Part shown: piece by piece, positions 9,954 through 18,408 of the stretch
Layout: every line of letters starts with the position of its first letter
Numbering within the stretch: position 1 is the first letter of the stretch
From: Gammaproteobacteria bacterium
GTDB taxonomy: Bacteria > Pseudomonadota > Gammaproteobacteria > Natronospirales > DASSBR01
Assembly: GCA_035688265.1 (NCBI GenBank)
Contig: DASSNE010000056.1
Coordinates: 4,255 to 68,254 of the forward strand
Reading direction: 5' to 3'
DNA: 64,000 nt
Program-made: the position numbers and the translations under genes
Notes under the pieces: model-generated
Told to the model about the DNA's origin: nothing
What the model saw: only the letters and a program-made list of their open reading frames with translations
Database searches by the model: none

Positions 9954-10538
9954 GTGACGCCGAAAACGGTCAAATTTATCGTCGCCGGCGTGCTGCTGGT
10001 GTATCCGCTCGCGATCTGGATCGCCGACGGCCATTTGAGCCCCAGTGAACTGCTGGCCGGGCTGATGCTGCTGCTGGCGGCGCGCTCGCTGACGGCGGCC
10101 TGGATTCACCAAGGCCGCCGGTCCGCCTACATCGGCGCGGCGGCCATGCTGGTCGCCGGCGCAGCGCTGGTGCTGGTGTGGCTGCCGGGCTTGCGCATCG
10201 AATGGCTGCGCTTCTATCCGATGCTGTTCAGCCTCGCGGCATTCGCGGTGTTCTTCCGCTCGCTGTTCACCGGCATGCCGCTGATCGAGCGCTTCGCGCG
10301 CGTGTTCCACCCCGACCTGCCGCCCGAGGGCGTGCGCTACGTCCGTCGCGTCACGTGGTTCTGGAGCGGCGTGCTGCTGGCCAACGCGCTGATCTCCTTC
10401 TACACCGCCGTCGCGCTGCCGCTTGCGGCCTGGTCGCTGTACAACGGCGCGATCGTGTACATCGCATTCGGCGGCGTGTTCGTCGGCGAATACCTCGTCC
10501 GCACGCACCTGCGACGCAAGTGGATGGCCGCGGCATGA
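9954..10538 (+). CDS. Small polytopic membrane protein, first gene of the lipid-export-like operon
   Basis: GTG at 9954 with GGGAGG at 9943-9948. About 5 hydrophobic helices. The long N-terminal extension in the track (8991..) is antisense to rnk and the deacetylase gene and is not credible. Confidence 0.6.
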   Translation: MTPKTVKFIVAGVLLVYPLAIWIADGHLSPSELLAGLMLLLAARSLTAAWIHQGRRSAYIGAAAMLVAGAALVLVWLPGLRIEWLRFYPMLFSLAAFAVFFRSLFTGMPLIERFARVFHPDLPPEGVRYVRRVTWFWSGVLLANALISFYTAVALPLAAWSLYNGAIVYIAFGGVFVGEYLVRTHLRRKWMAAA

Positions 10539-12238
10539 CCTTCAACCCCTGCGCCGTCATTCCGGTTTTCAACCATCATGCCTGCCTCGGGCGCATCGCC
10601 GCGGCGATGGCCGCCCACGCGCTGCCGGTGATTTTCGTCGATGACGGCAGCGATGCGACGACCAAGCGGACGCTGGCGGAACTCGCCGCAACCGATCCGA
10701 ATGTCGAATACATGACGCTGCCGCACAACCAGGGCAAGGGCGCGGCGTGCCTCGCGGGCATGGCGCATGCCGCCGAGCGCGGCTTTACCCACGCGCTGCA
10801 GGTCGATGCGGACGGTCAGCACGACCTCGACGACGTGGCGAAGCTGCTCGCCGTCGCCGCGGCGCATCCCGATTATCTGGTCTCCGGCGAACCGCGCTAC
10901 GATGAGTCGGTGCCGCCGGTGCGGTTTTACTGCCGCTACCTGACACACGGCTTCATCTGGCTCGTGACGCTGTCGTTCCGGCTGCACGATTCGATGTGCG
11001 GCTTCCGCGTCTACCCGCTCGCGCCCAGTCTCGCGCTCGCGCGCCGCGTGCGCATCGGCCGCTACATGGATTTCGACACCGATATCATGGCGCGCCTGTA
11101 CTGGGCCGGCACCGAAAGCCTGTTTGTCCCGACGCGGGTGCGCTACCCGGCCGACGGCATCTCGCATTACCGGATGTTCGCGGACAACGTGCGCATGACG
11201 TGGCTGATCATCCGCCTGCTGTTCGGCCTGCCGCTACGCGCGCCGAAGCTGCTGTATCGCAACCTGACGCGCGCGCGTCACTGGGCACGCATCGCCGAGG
11301 GCGGCACGCTGACGGGACTGCGCCTGGTCGCCCTGCTCGACCGCACGCTGGGCGATGCGGTTGTGCAGGTCCTCCTGTACCCGATCACCGCGTGGTACTT
11401 CGCCACCAGCGGCCGGGCGCGCCGGGCGTCACGCCGGTTTCTCGCCGCCGCCGGCGTGGCGCCGACGCTGGCCAACCGGTTTCGGCATTTCATGCACTAC
11501 TCGCGCGCGATCCGCGACAAGTTTTGCGCCTGGTACGCGCCGAGCCGCATCACTATCGACGCGAGCGAATGCGGTCCGCTGCTGGACGCCGCTGACGAGG
11601 GTCGCGGGCTGCTGCTCCTGACCGCGCACATGGGCAACGCGGAAGTGGCGCGCGCGCTGGCCGGCCGCGTGCCGGGGCTGCGCATCAACGCGCTGGTGCA
11701 CACCCGCAATGCGCGCAAGATCGATGCGCTGCTGACCGAAGCCAGCGGCGACTACCCGCTCGACCTGCTGGAAGTCACCGACTTCGGTCCCGACACCGTC
11801 CTGCTGCTGCGCGAGAAAATCGCCCGCGGCGAAACCGTGGTGATCGTCGGCGACCGCACGCCGGTCGGTGGCGACGGCGCCGTCGCGCAGGTCGATTTCC
11901 TCGGCCGGCCGGCACCGTTCGCGATCGGCCCCTACGTGCTCGCGCACGTGCTGGAATGCCCGGTTTACCTGTTCCTGTGCCTGCGCGAAGGTCGCGGTTA
12001 CAAGGTCCACCTGGAACCATTCGCCGAACGCATCCGCCTGCCGCGCGACGGCCGCGGCGTCGGGGCCGCCGGCTGGGCCGAACGCTATGCGCGGCGGCTG
12101 GCCGACTACGCGCGGCGCTACCCGCTTCAGTGGTACAACTTCCATGACATCTGGCGTGACGGCGCGCCCGCGTCGCGGCCGCAGACGACGCGGCGGCGCA
12201 CGACGCGACGTAGCGACGCCGCGACATCGAAGGGCTGA
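10535..12238 (+). CDS. Glycosyltransferase family 2 fused to an LpxL/HtrB-type lysophospholipid acyltransferase
   Basis: ATG at 10535 overlaps the upstream stop (ATGA). N-terminal half: VIPVFNH ... VDDGSDATT ... NQGKGAA (GT2). C-terminal half: LLLTAHMGNAEV (HX4E acyltransferase motif) ... VIVGDRTP. Confidence 0.8.
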   Translation: MTFNPCAVIPVFNHHACLGRIAAAMAAHALPVIFVDDGSDATTKRTLAELAATDPNVEYMTLPHNQGKGAACLAGMAHAAERGFTHALQVDADGQHDLDDVAKLLAVAAAHPDYLVSGEPRYDESVPPVRFYCRYLTHGFIWLVTLSFRLHDSMCGFRVYPLAPSLALARRVRIGRYMDFDTDIMARLYWAGTESLFVPTRVRYPADGISHYRMFADNVRMTWLIIRLLFGLPLRAPKLLYRNLTRARHWARIAEGGTLTGLRLVALLDRTLGDAVVQVLLYPITAWYFATSGRARRASRRFLAAAGVAPTLANRFRHFMHYSRAIRDKFCAWYAPSRITIDASECGPLLDAADEGRGLLLLTAHMGNAEVARALAGRVPGLRINALVHTRNARKIDALLTEASGDYPLDLLEVTDFGPDTVLLLREKIARGETVVIVGDRTPVGGDGAVAQVDFLGRPAPFAIGPYVLAHVLECPVYLFLCLREGRGYKVHLEPFAERIRLPRDGRGVGAAGWAERYARRLADYARRYPLQWYNFHDIWRDGAPASRPQTTRRRTTRRSDAATSKG

Positions 12239-12261
12239 TGTAATGGACAGACATCATTTAT

Positions 12262-12380
12262 CGTCGTTCCTGCGGAGGCAGGAACCCAGTCAGATCATCC
12301 GTGCGAAACACAGGGATCAATATGTTTCGAGTGCTTCGCACAATTATTGGACTGGATACCAGCCTTCGCTGGTATGACGG
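12262..12380. repeat. MITE-like palindromic element with hairpin-forming terminal inverted repeats
   Basis: Left end CGTCGTTCCTGCGGAGGCAGGAACCCAGT (12262-12290). Right end ACTGGATACCAGCCTTCGCTGGTATGACGG (12351-12380). The two are reverse complements of one another in pattern and each folds on itself. A translation through it gives the ...IPAKAGIQ... / ...SFLRRQEPS... type peptides seen in a widespread proteobacterial repeat family. Confidence 0.6.
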
Positions 12381-12400
12381 ACTGCAAAACGCTCGAGTAA

Positions 12401-12949
12401 ATGTCATTCATGAAATACGCTCGCCTTGTGTTCATCGTTCTATCGCTGGGTACAGCAGCCGCGGCAGCGCCCGCCGCCAACTTCGCCGCCACCTTCGTGC
12501 AGACGCGCACGCTGCCCGGCTTCGACACGCCGATCGTAAGCCACGGCCTGATGCGTGTCGACCCGCACGGCTTTTATTGGGAAATCAAGTCGCCATATCA
12601 CTACGTGTTCGCGATGCACGACGGCCACGTGCACGAAGAGCTGCCGGACGGCACGAAGCGTCAACTCGATCCCGACCAGAAGCCGTGGCTCGCGGCGGTC
12701 GAGCATATTTTCGTCAGCGCGCTGTCGGGCGATCGCTCGCAGTTGCAGCGCTATTTCAACGTCAAGGCGGAGCCGATAAACACTGGTACGCACGTCACGT
12801 TGACGCCCAAGCCCGGCGCGCTGGCGAAGGTGATCGAGCGGATTGAAGTGACCGAGTCCGCGCCGGGCCATCCCGAGCGGCTGCAAATCAGGGAGAAGTC
12901 GGGGGCACGCATGGATATTCGCTTTACGCCCGTTGCCGCGCAACCGTGA
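12401..12949 (+). CDS. LolA-like outer-membrane lipoprotein carrier family protein (periplasmic)
   Basis: Signal peptide MSFMKYARLVFIVLSLGTAAAAAPA. 182 aa. The call rests on size, predicted beta-rich sequence and position directly upstream of the MMPL exporter. ATGA-type overlap with the next gene. Confidence 0.55.
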   Translation: MSFMKYARLVFIVLSLGTAAAAAPAANFAATFVQTRTLPGFDTPIVSHGLMRVDPHGFYWEIKSPYHYVFAMHDGHVHEELPDGTKRQLDPDQKPWLAAVEHIFVSALSGDRSQLQRYFNVKAEPINTGTHVTLTPKPGALAKVIERIEVTESAPGHPERLQIREKSGARMDIRFTPVAAQP

Positions 12950-15255
12950 TTTGGCGGAAAGCGGCGCGATGGCTCGTCTGGGCCATATCGCTGGGCCTGC
13001 TGTGCGGTTTCGCCTGGTCACGGCTGGATCTCTCCCAACCGATCAATACCAACGTCCTGACGCTGCTGCCGGCGCAGAACGACTCTGCGGCGCTCACGCG
13101 GGCCACGGAGCGCACCCGCAACGCCTTCGTGCATGAACTGCTCGCGCTGGTCAGCGGCACGAACGCCGCCGACACGCGCGCGGCCGCCCAAGCGGCACGC
13201 CGTGCGATGCTGGCGGCGGGTTTGCAGGCGGAGAATTTGGGGCAGACGTTCGAACAGGCCCAGCGCGTTTTTCAGCGGCATCATTTCGCCCTGCTCGATC
13301 CGGCCCAGGCGCGGCATCTGCGGCGCGGCGGCGCGAAAGCGCTGGCCACCGACGTGGCAGTATCGCTCGCCAGCCCGGCCGGCATGGTCAGCGCGTTCGG
13401 CAGCGATCCCGGTGGCTACCTGACGCAGTTCCTGGCCGCCCTGCCGCGGCCGTATCCCGATTTCCTGCCCAATGGGCCGTTCCTGTCCGCCACCCGCGAC
13501 GGCCGGCATTACTTTCTGCTGCGCCTCGAAGTGCGCGGCGCAGCGTTCGCGAAGCAGGGTTCGGCGCTCGCGGCGGCGGCGGTGACGCAGGCACGCGAGG
13601 CGGTGCAGCAAACCTGCGCGGACTGCCGCTTCGAAGCCACCGGCGCGCCGCTGTTCGCCGACGCCGCGCGCCGCGAAGCCAAATCGGAAACGATCTGGCT
13701 GACGGTGATCTCGACGCTGCTCATCATGGCGCTGATCGCGTTCGTGTACCGCAGCCTCGCGCCGCATGTGCTCGCCGGATTACAACTGGTCGCCAGCGTC
13801 GCGGCCGCCGCCGCCGCCGTGATCGCGATTTTCGGCTCGATCAACATCCTGACGCTGGTGTTCGGCACCACGCTGCTCGGCATCGCGATCGACTACGCAT
13901 TTCTGTATTTCGCCGAATACTGGTTCGGCAGCAGTCCGCCGGCCGCAGTGATGGAGAAGATTCGCGGCGGGCTGGGCATCGCGCTCGCCGCCGGCGCGCT
14001 CGCGTTCGCATTTCTCGCCGGCACCGGCTTTCCCGCCCTGATGCAGATCGCCGTGTTCTCGGTCGCCGGCCTGCTGGAGGCCGGCCTGGTCGTGGCACTG
14101 ATCTTTCCGATCACGCTCACGCGACAGCCCACCGTCGCCGCGCATCCGGCGGTGAATTGGCCGCGAAGTTTCATCGCGCGCGCCTGCCGCCCGTCGCGCT
14201 GGCGTTACATCATTCCGGCCGTGCTGCTCGCGGTTGCCATCCCCGGCTGGTTTTTTCTCCACGCCAGCGACGACGTGCGGGAGTTGCAGCACTTCCCGCC
14301 GCAGTTGATGCACACCGACCAGCACATTCGCACGATCCTCGGCCGCTTTCCGCCACCGGGATTCTTTCTGATCGAGGCACCGGACTTGAACCAGGCGCTT
14401 GCGCGGGAAGAAATCCTGTTCGCGCACGTCGCGCAACAACTGCCGCAGGCGAACGCGGTGGGGCTGTCGCGGTTTCTACCCTCGACGTCGCGGCAGCAGG
14501 CGAGTCTGGCCGCGTGGCGAAGCATTTTTGCGTCGCCGGCGAAGCTGCGCACGGCCTTTGCGCAAATGGGGCTGCCGCCGGCACTCGGCGACCATCTCGA
14601 AGCCGCCTGGCAAGCGGCGCCGCGCGAGCCGCTGACGGCGCAGGAGCTGTTCGCGGCGGTACCCGATCTCAACAAGTTCGTCATTCGCACCGATCACGGC
14701 GTCGCGCTGCTGGCGACGGTCTTCGGTCAAAGCAATCTCAATGCCGCAGCCCTCCGGCAGGCCGCAACCGGCCTCGCCGGCGTTCAGTTCGTCGACCCGC
14801 TGGCGCGCATCGCCGACACGTTCGAGCGCATCCGCGTCCGTGCGACGTGGCTGGTGGTAGTCGGCTACCTGCTGATTTCAGGGATTCTCGTCTGGCGCTA
14901 CGGCCGCCGCGAAGCGCTGCGCATGCTGTGGCCGCCGCTGCTGGCGCTGGGCGTGACGCTCGGCGCGCTCGGTTGGATCGGCGTGCCGCTGAACGTGTTC
15001 GTGGTCGTCGCGCTGATCCTGATCCTCGGCCTGGGGCGCGACTACGCCGTGTTCCTGCGCGAGGTCGGCGCGCGGCAACGTTCGCCCGCGCTCGCGGTCA
15101 CGCTGTCGGCGATGACCACGCTGCTGTCGTTCGGCCTGCTGTCGCTCAGCCAGATCCCCGCGCTTTCCGCGTTCGGTCTCGCAACCCTGATCGGCATACT
15201 GGCGAGTTACCTCAGCGCCCCGTTATCCTTGCCCCCGGAGCGGGAGAAACCATGA
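12946..15255 (+). CDS. MMPL/RND-superfamily exporter
   Basis: 769 aa with two hydrophobic bundles (about 13680-14140 and about 14830-15230), each preceded by a soluble domain. This is the typical MMPL topology. Confidence 0.85.
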   Translation: MIWRKAARWLVWAISLGLLCGFAWSRLDLSQPINTNVLTLLPAQNDSAALTRATERTRNAFVHELLALVSGTNAADTRAAAQAARRAMLAAGLQAENLGQTFEQAQRVFQRHHFALLDPAQARHLRRGGAKALATDVAVSLASPAGMVSAFGSDPGGYLTQFLAALPRPYPDFLPNGPFLSATRDGRHYFLLRLEVRGAAFAKQGSALAAAAVTQAREAVQQTCADCRFEATGAPLFADAARREAKSETIWLTVISTLLIMALIAFVYRSLAPHVLAGLQLVASVAAAAAAVIAIFGSINILTLVFGTTLLGIAIDYAFLYFAEYWFGSSPPAAVMEKIRGGLGIALAAGALAFAFLAGTGFPALMQIAVFSVAGLLEAGLVVALIFPITLTRQPTVAAHPAVNWPRSFIARACRPSRWRYIIPAVLLAVAIPGWFFLHASDDVRELQHFPPQLMHTDQHIRTILGRFPPPGFFLIEAPDLNQALAREEILFAHVAQQLPQANAVGLSRFLPSTSRQQASLAAWRSIFASPAKLRTAFAQMGLPPALGDHLEAAWQAAPREPLTAQELFAAVPDLNKFVIRTDHGVALLATVFGQSNLNAAALRQAATGLAGVQFVDPLARIADTFERIRVRATWLVVVGYLLISGILVWRYGRREALRMLWPPLLALGVTLGALGWIGVPLNVFVVVALILILGLGRDYAVFLREVGARQRSPALAVTLSAMTTLLSFGLLSLSQIPALSAFGLATLIGILASYLSAPLSLPPEREKP

Positions 15256-15878
15256 AGCTGACGGAAACCTGCCGTAGGAGCGATCGTCGATCGCGATTAT
15301 TGAAAATCGCGGCCAGCGGCCGCTCCTACACCTTGGCCCTGTTCATGGCAACGCTACTAACCGGCTGCGCCACTTTGCCGCCGCCCGGCTGCGTCCGCCT
15401 CGGCCCCAACAGCCACTTCTGCCTGCTGCCACCGACAGCGCTGCCGCAGGTAAGCGCGGCGCACCTGGTCACGATCCGCCGCAACGGCGAGCGGCAGACC
15501 TTCATGGGCCACCTGCAGATCGACGACCAGGCGCTGCGGCTTGCGGCATCGAGCCTGTTCGGCGCCGGGCTGTTCACGATCACCTGGGATGGGCACAGCG
15601 TCACCAGCGGGCCGCAGGAGGCGCGCGTGCATCCGGATCTGATTGTGGCAATGCTGGAACTCGCCATCGCCGACCCGGCGACACTTCGGCCGCGGCTGCA
15701 CAACCTGGCGCTCAAACTGAGCCACCGCGGCGAGCAGCGGAACCTGTACGCGGGCGGGCGGCTGGTGGCGCATATCGTCACCGGCTCGCAGCCGCTGTCC
15801 GCAGCGCACATCGTCATGACCATTCCACCGGCGCACATGACGCTGGTATTAAAGCCGGTGAGCGAGCCGGCGCCGTAA
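15252..15878 (+). CDS. DUF3261-like lipoprotein
   Basis: Lipobox LLTGC (Cys39 from ATG 15252, or Cys23 from the in-frame TTG at 15300). ATGA overlap with the MMPL gene. The block HLVTIRRNGERQTFMGHLQIDD..LRLAASSLFG resembles DUF3261 proteins found next to MMPL exporters. Confidence 0.65.
   Translation: MKLTETCRRSDRRSRLLKIAASGRSYTLALFMATLLTGCATLPPPGCVRLGPNSHFCLLPPTALPQVSAAHLVTIRRNGERQTFMGHLQIDDQALRLAASSLFGAGLFTITWDGHSVTSGPQEARVHPDLIVAMLELAIADPATLRPRLHNLALKLSHRGEQRNLYAGGRLVAHIVTGSQPLSAAHIVMTIPPAHMTLVLKPVSEPAP
15274..15329. repeat. REP-like palindromic element (GTAGGAGCG... family) inside the 5' end of the lipoprotein gene
   Basis: GTAGGAGCGATCGTCGATCGCGAT - TATTGAAA - ATCGCGGCCAGCGGCCGCTCCTAC. 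The arms are imperfect reverse complements and belong to the same family as 15891-15944. Confidence 0.6.
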
Positions 15879-15890
15879 CGACATAGACTA

Positions 15891-15944
15891 TAGGAGCGAC
15901 CTTCGGTCGTGAATATTATGAATCGCGACCGAAGGTCGCTCCTA
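15891..15944. repeat. REP-like palindromic element (GTAGGAGCG... family)
   Basis: TAGGAGCGACCTTCGGTCGTGA - 10 nt - TCGCGACCGAAGGTCGCTCCTA, 21 of 22 arm positions complementary. It lies in the 80-nt spacer before fabG. Confidence 0.7.
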
Positions 15945-15958
15945 CACTGGGAGACGAC

Positions 15959-16693
15959 ATGGCAAACAAGCACAAGCGCGTACTCGTGACCGGCGCCAGC
16001 GGCGGCATCGGCGCGGCGATCGCGCTTGCGCTGGCGGCCGACGGCTTCGACATCACGCTGCATTACCGCCGCAACGCCGCGCGCGCCGAAGCGTTGGCGC
16101 AGGAGATCGCCTCCGCCGGTGGCCATGCGAAAACCGTGAGCTTCGACCTGACTGACCGCGATGGCATCCGTGACGCGCTGGAGGCAGAGCTGGCAACGAA
16201 CGGGCCGTATTGGGGTGTGGTGCTGAATGCCGGCACCGCTGCGGACAACGCATTCCCGGCGATGCCGGGCGAAGACTGGGACCGCGTCGTCAGCGCCAAC
16301 CTCGGCGGCTTCTACAACGTGCTGCAGCCGCTCGTCATGCCACTGGTGCGGCTGCACGACGGCGGGCGGATCGTCACGATCGCGTCGGTGTCCGGCCTGA
16401 TCGGCAACCGCGGCCAGACCAACTACAGCGCCGCCAAGGCCGGCGTAATCGGCGCCACCAAAGCACTCGCGCTGGAGCTCGCCAGCCGCAACATTACCGT
16501 CAACTGCGTCGCGCCTGGCCTGATCGGAACTGGTATGGCAGATGACGCTCCCGCCCACGAGATCCTCAAGCACATCCCGCTGGGCCGCGCCGGCCGGCCG
16601 GACGAAGTCGCGGCGCTGGTGGCGTTTCTGTTCAGCGAATCGGCCGCCTATATCACTCGGCAGGTGCTGTCGGTGAACGGCGGCCTCTGCTGA
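15959..16693 (+). CDS. fabG: 3-oxoacyl-ACP reductase (FabG-type SDR)
   Basis: TGASGGIG, NAG, S...YSAAK catalytic motif and a C-terminal NGG. 244 aa. Confidence 0.85.
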   Translation: MANKHKRVLVTGASGGIGAAIALALAADGFDITLHYRRNAARAEALAQEIASAGGHAKTVSFDLTDRDGIRDALEAELATNGPYWGVVLNAGTAADNAFPAMPGEDWDRVVSANLGGFYNVLQPLVMPLVRLHDGGRIVTIASVSGLIGNRGQTNYSAAKAGVIGATKALALELASRNITVNCVAPGLIGTGMADDAPAHEILKHIPLGRAGRPDEVAALVAFLFSESAAYITRQVLSVNGGLC

Positions 16694-16789
16694 TTTGGCG
16701 TTTCGAGCATAAGTCTTAGCGTTTGAGAGATTGTTCCCGCATCGGTGCCCTGCAAGACTCTCCACTGGATTTTTTTGGAGACTGCAGCC

Positions 16790-17308
16790 ATGAAAAAACA
16801 CATCCTCTTTTGTGTCGCCCTGGTGATGGGAACAACGCTGGCCATCGGCGCAACGGCGGCGACGCATAAACACAAAACCAAAGCCGACCACGCTGCGCTT
16901 ACGCCGCTGGATCTGCAGTGGATGCCCGTGCCGCCGGTTCTTCCCAAGGGTGTTGAAATCGCCGTGCTGCGGGGCAACCCGTTCGAGGAAGGCATATTTA
17001 CCGTGCGTCTGCGGTTTCCAGCAGGCTGCACTATTCCACCGCACTGGCACCCGACGATCGAAAGTTTCACGGTCCTTAGTGGCCAGATGTTCGTGGGCGC
17101 CGGGAACAAGATCGATAAGGACAGCGCGAAACTCGTCCCGACTCACGGCTTCTCATTCCTCCCCGCGCTGCACCACCACTACGTGTACAACGAGGAAGAA
17201 ACGGTAATCGAACTTACTGCCTATGGCCCGTTCCAGATCTACTACGTCAATCCGGCCGGGCAGCCGACGGAGCTCGAGGGCAAGTACAAAACGTGTCACG
17301 CCACGTGA
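16790..17308 (+). CDS. Secreted cupin-domain protein
   Basis: ATG at 16790 with GGAG at 16777-16780. Signal peptide MKKHILFCVALVMGTTLAIGATAA. Cupin His motif PPHWHPT. Lower GC than its flanks. Confidence 0.7.
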   Translation: MKKHILFCVALVMGTTLAIGATAATHKHKTKADHAALTPLDLQWMPVPPVLPKGVEIAVLRGNPFEEGIFTVRLRFPAGCTIPPHWHPTIESFTVLSGQMFVGAGNKIDKDSAKLVPTHGFSFLPALHHHYVYNEEETVIELTAYGPFQIYYVNPAGQPTELEGKYKTCHAT

Positions 17309-18306
17309 TGTGAGCCGGCGCCGCGGAGCGTTATGCCCGCTCGAGCCAGGCCCTGTGATCGTCGCCGGCAGGCGGCGGGCGTTTCGCCCTGAAAGCGCTT
17401 GAAGGCGCGCTGGAAGGCTGCCGGCGAGTCGTAGCCGATGCTGGCCGCAATCGCCGCCACGCTGCGCCGGCTGTCGCGAAGTTCGCGGGCCGCCAGCAGC
17501 AATCGCCAGCGCGCCAGGTAACGCATCGGCGGCACGCCCAGCAGCGCGCTGAAACGCGCTGCGAGCGCCGAGCGCGATACAGCCGCTCGCGAGGCGAGTT
17601 CCGACACCGTCCACGGGTAGCACGGCTCGTCATGCATCAGGCCGAGCACCTTGCCGACCGCCGGATCGCGCAGCCCCGCCAGCCAGCCAGTTTGGTCGGG
17701 CGGGAGCGCGACCATGTAGCGCCGTAGCGCCTCGACGAACAGCAACTCGGTCATGCGCAGCCGGGAGTTCGCCCCGCCTTCGCTCTCCGAAACCGCCTCC
17801 CGAACCGCATGCTCCAACAGGTCTTCGAGATCCGCCATCCCCGCCACGCCGCGAAACGACGTTCTCAGCAGCGGCGGCAAAGACGCGAACAGCGGCTCGA
17901 AGTCAGTCTGGTCGCAGATCAGAAAACCGCACAGGATTTCCGTCAGCGCACCGTTGCCGCCATACTTCAGATCGCGCAGCTCGAAAAACGGCAGGTCGTG
18001 CAACAGCGCTTCGGTCGCAACCGGTTTTCGGCCGAGTTCATCGGCGAGCACGTGTACATCGGAGCGCGGCAAAACCACCGCCTCACCGGCCCCCAGTCGC
18101 TGCGGAGGCCCATGCTCGAGCTGCGCCCAGCAATGCCCGCGAATCACAATGTGAAAAACGACTATGCGCCGCACCGGCGACGACAACGCCCGCTCCAGGT
18201 TGTCGCCGCCGGATGTGACGATCGACCACGGCGCCCGGAACGAGACGCGAAACAGCGCCGCGCCGTTCAGGCGAATCGCGTGGAGTACGTCCGACAACAC
18301 GTCCAT
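17296..18306 (-). CDS. AraC-family transcriptional regulator (N-terminal cupin_6-type domain)
   Basis: C-terminal double HTH (VSELASRAAVSRSALAARF ... IAASIGYDSPAAFQRAFKRFQGETP). N-terminus MDVLSDVLHAIRLNGA is typical of this subfamily. Its 3' end overlaps the cupin gene by 13 nt. Confidence 0.8.
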   Translation of the reverse strand: MDVLSDVLHAIRLNGAALFRVSFRAPWSIVTSGGDNLERALSSPVRRIVVFHIVIRGHCWAQLEHGPPQRLGAGEAVVLPRSDVHVLADELGRKPVATEALLHDLPFFELRDLKYGGNGALTEILCGFLICDQTDFEPLFASLPPLLRTSFRGVAGMADLEDLLEHAVREAVSESEGGANSRLRMTELLFVEALRRYMVALPPDQTGWLAGLRDPAVGKVLGLMHDEPCYPWTVSELASRAAVSRSALAARFSALLGVPPMRYLARWRLLLAARELRDSRRSVAAIAASIGYDSPAAFQRAFKRFQGETPAACRRRSQGLARAGITLRGAGSHHVA

Positions 18307-18408
18307 TCGTGCACCCGCGCCCATCGTGGCGTTTCGAGCATATGTTCGAGAGTTTAGATCATCATCCCGAAATTGCCACCGCGCGGCAGCGATTGATACG
18401 GCGACGAC

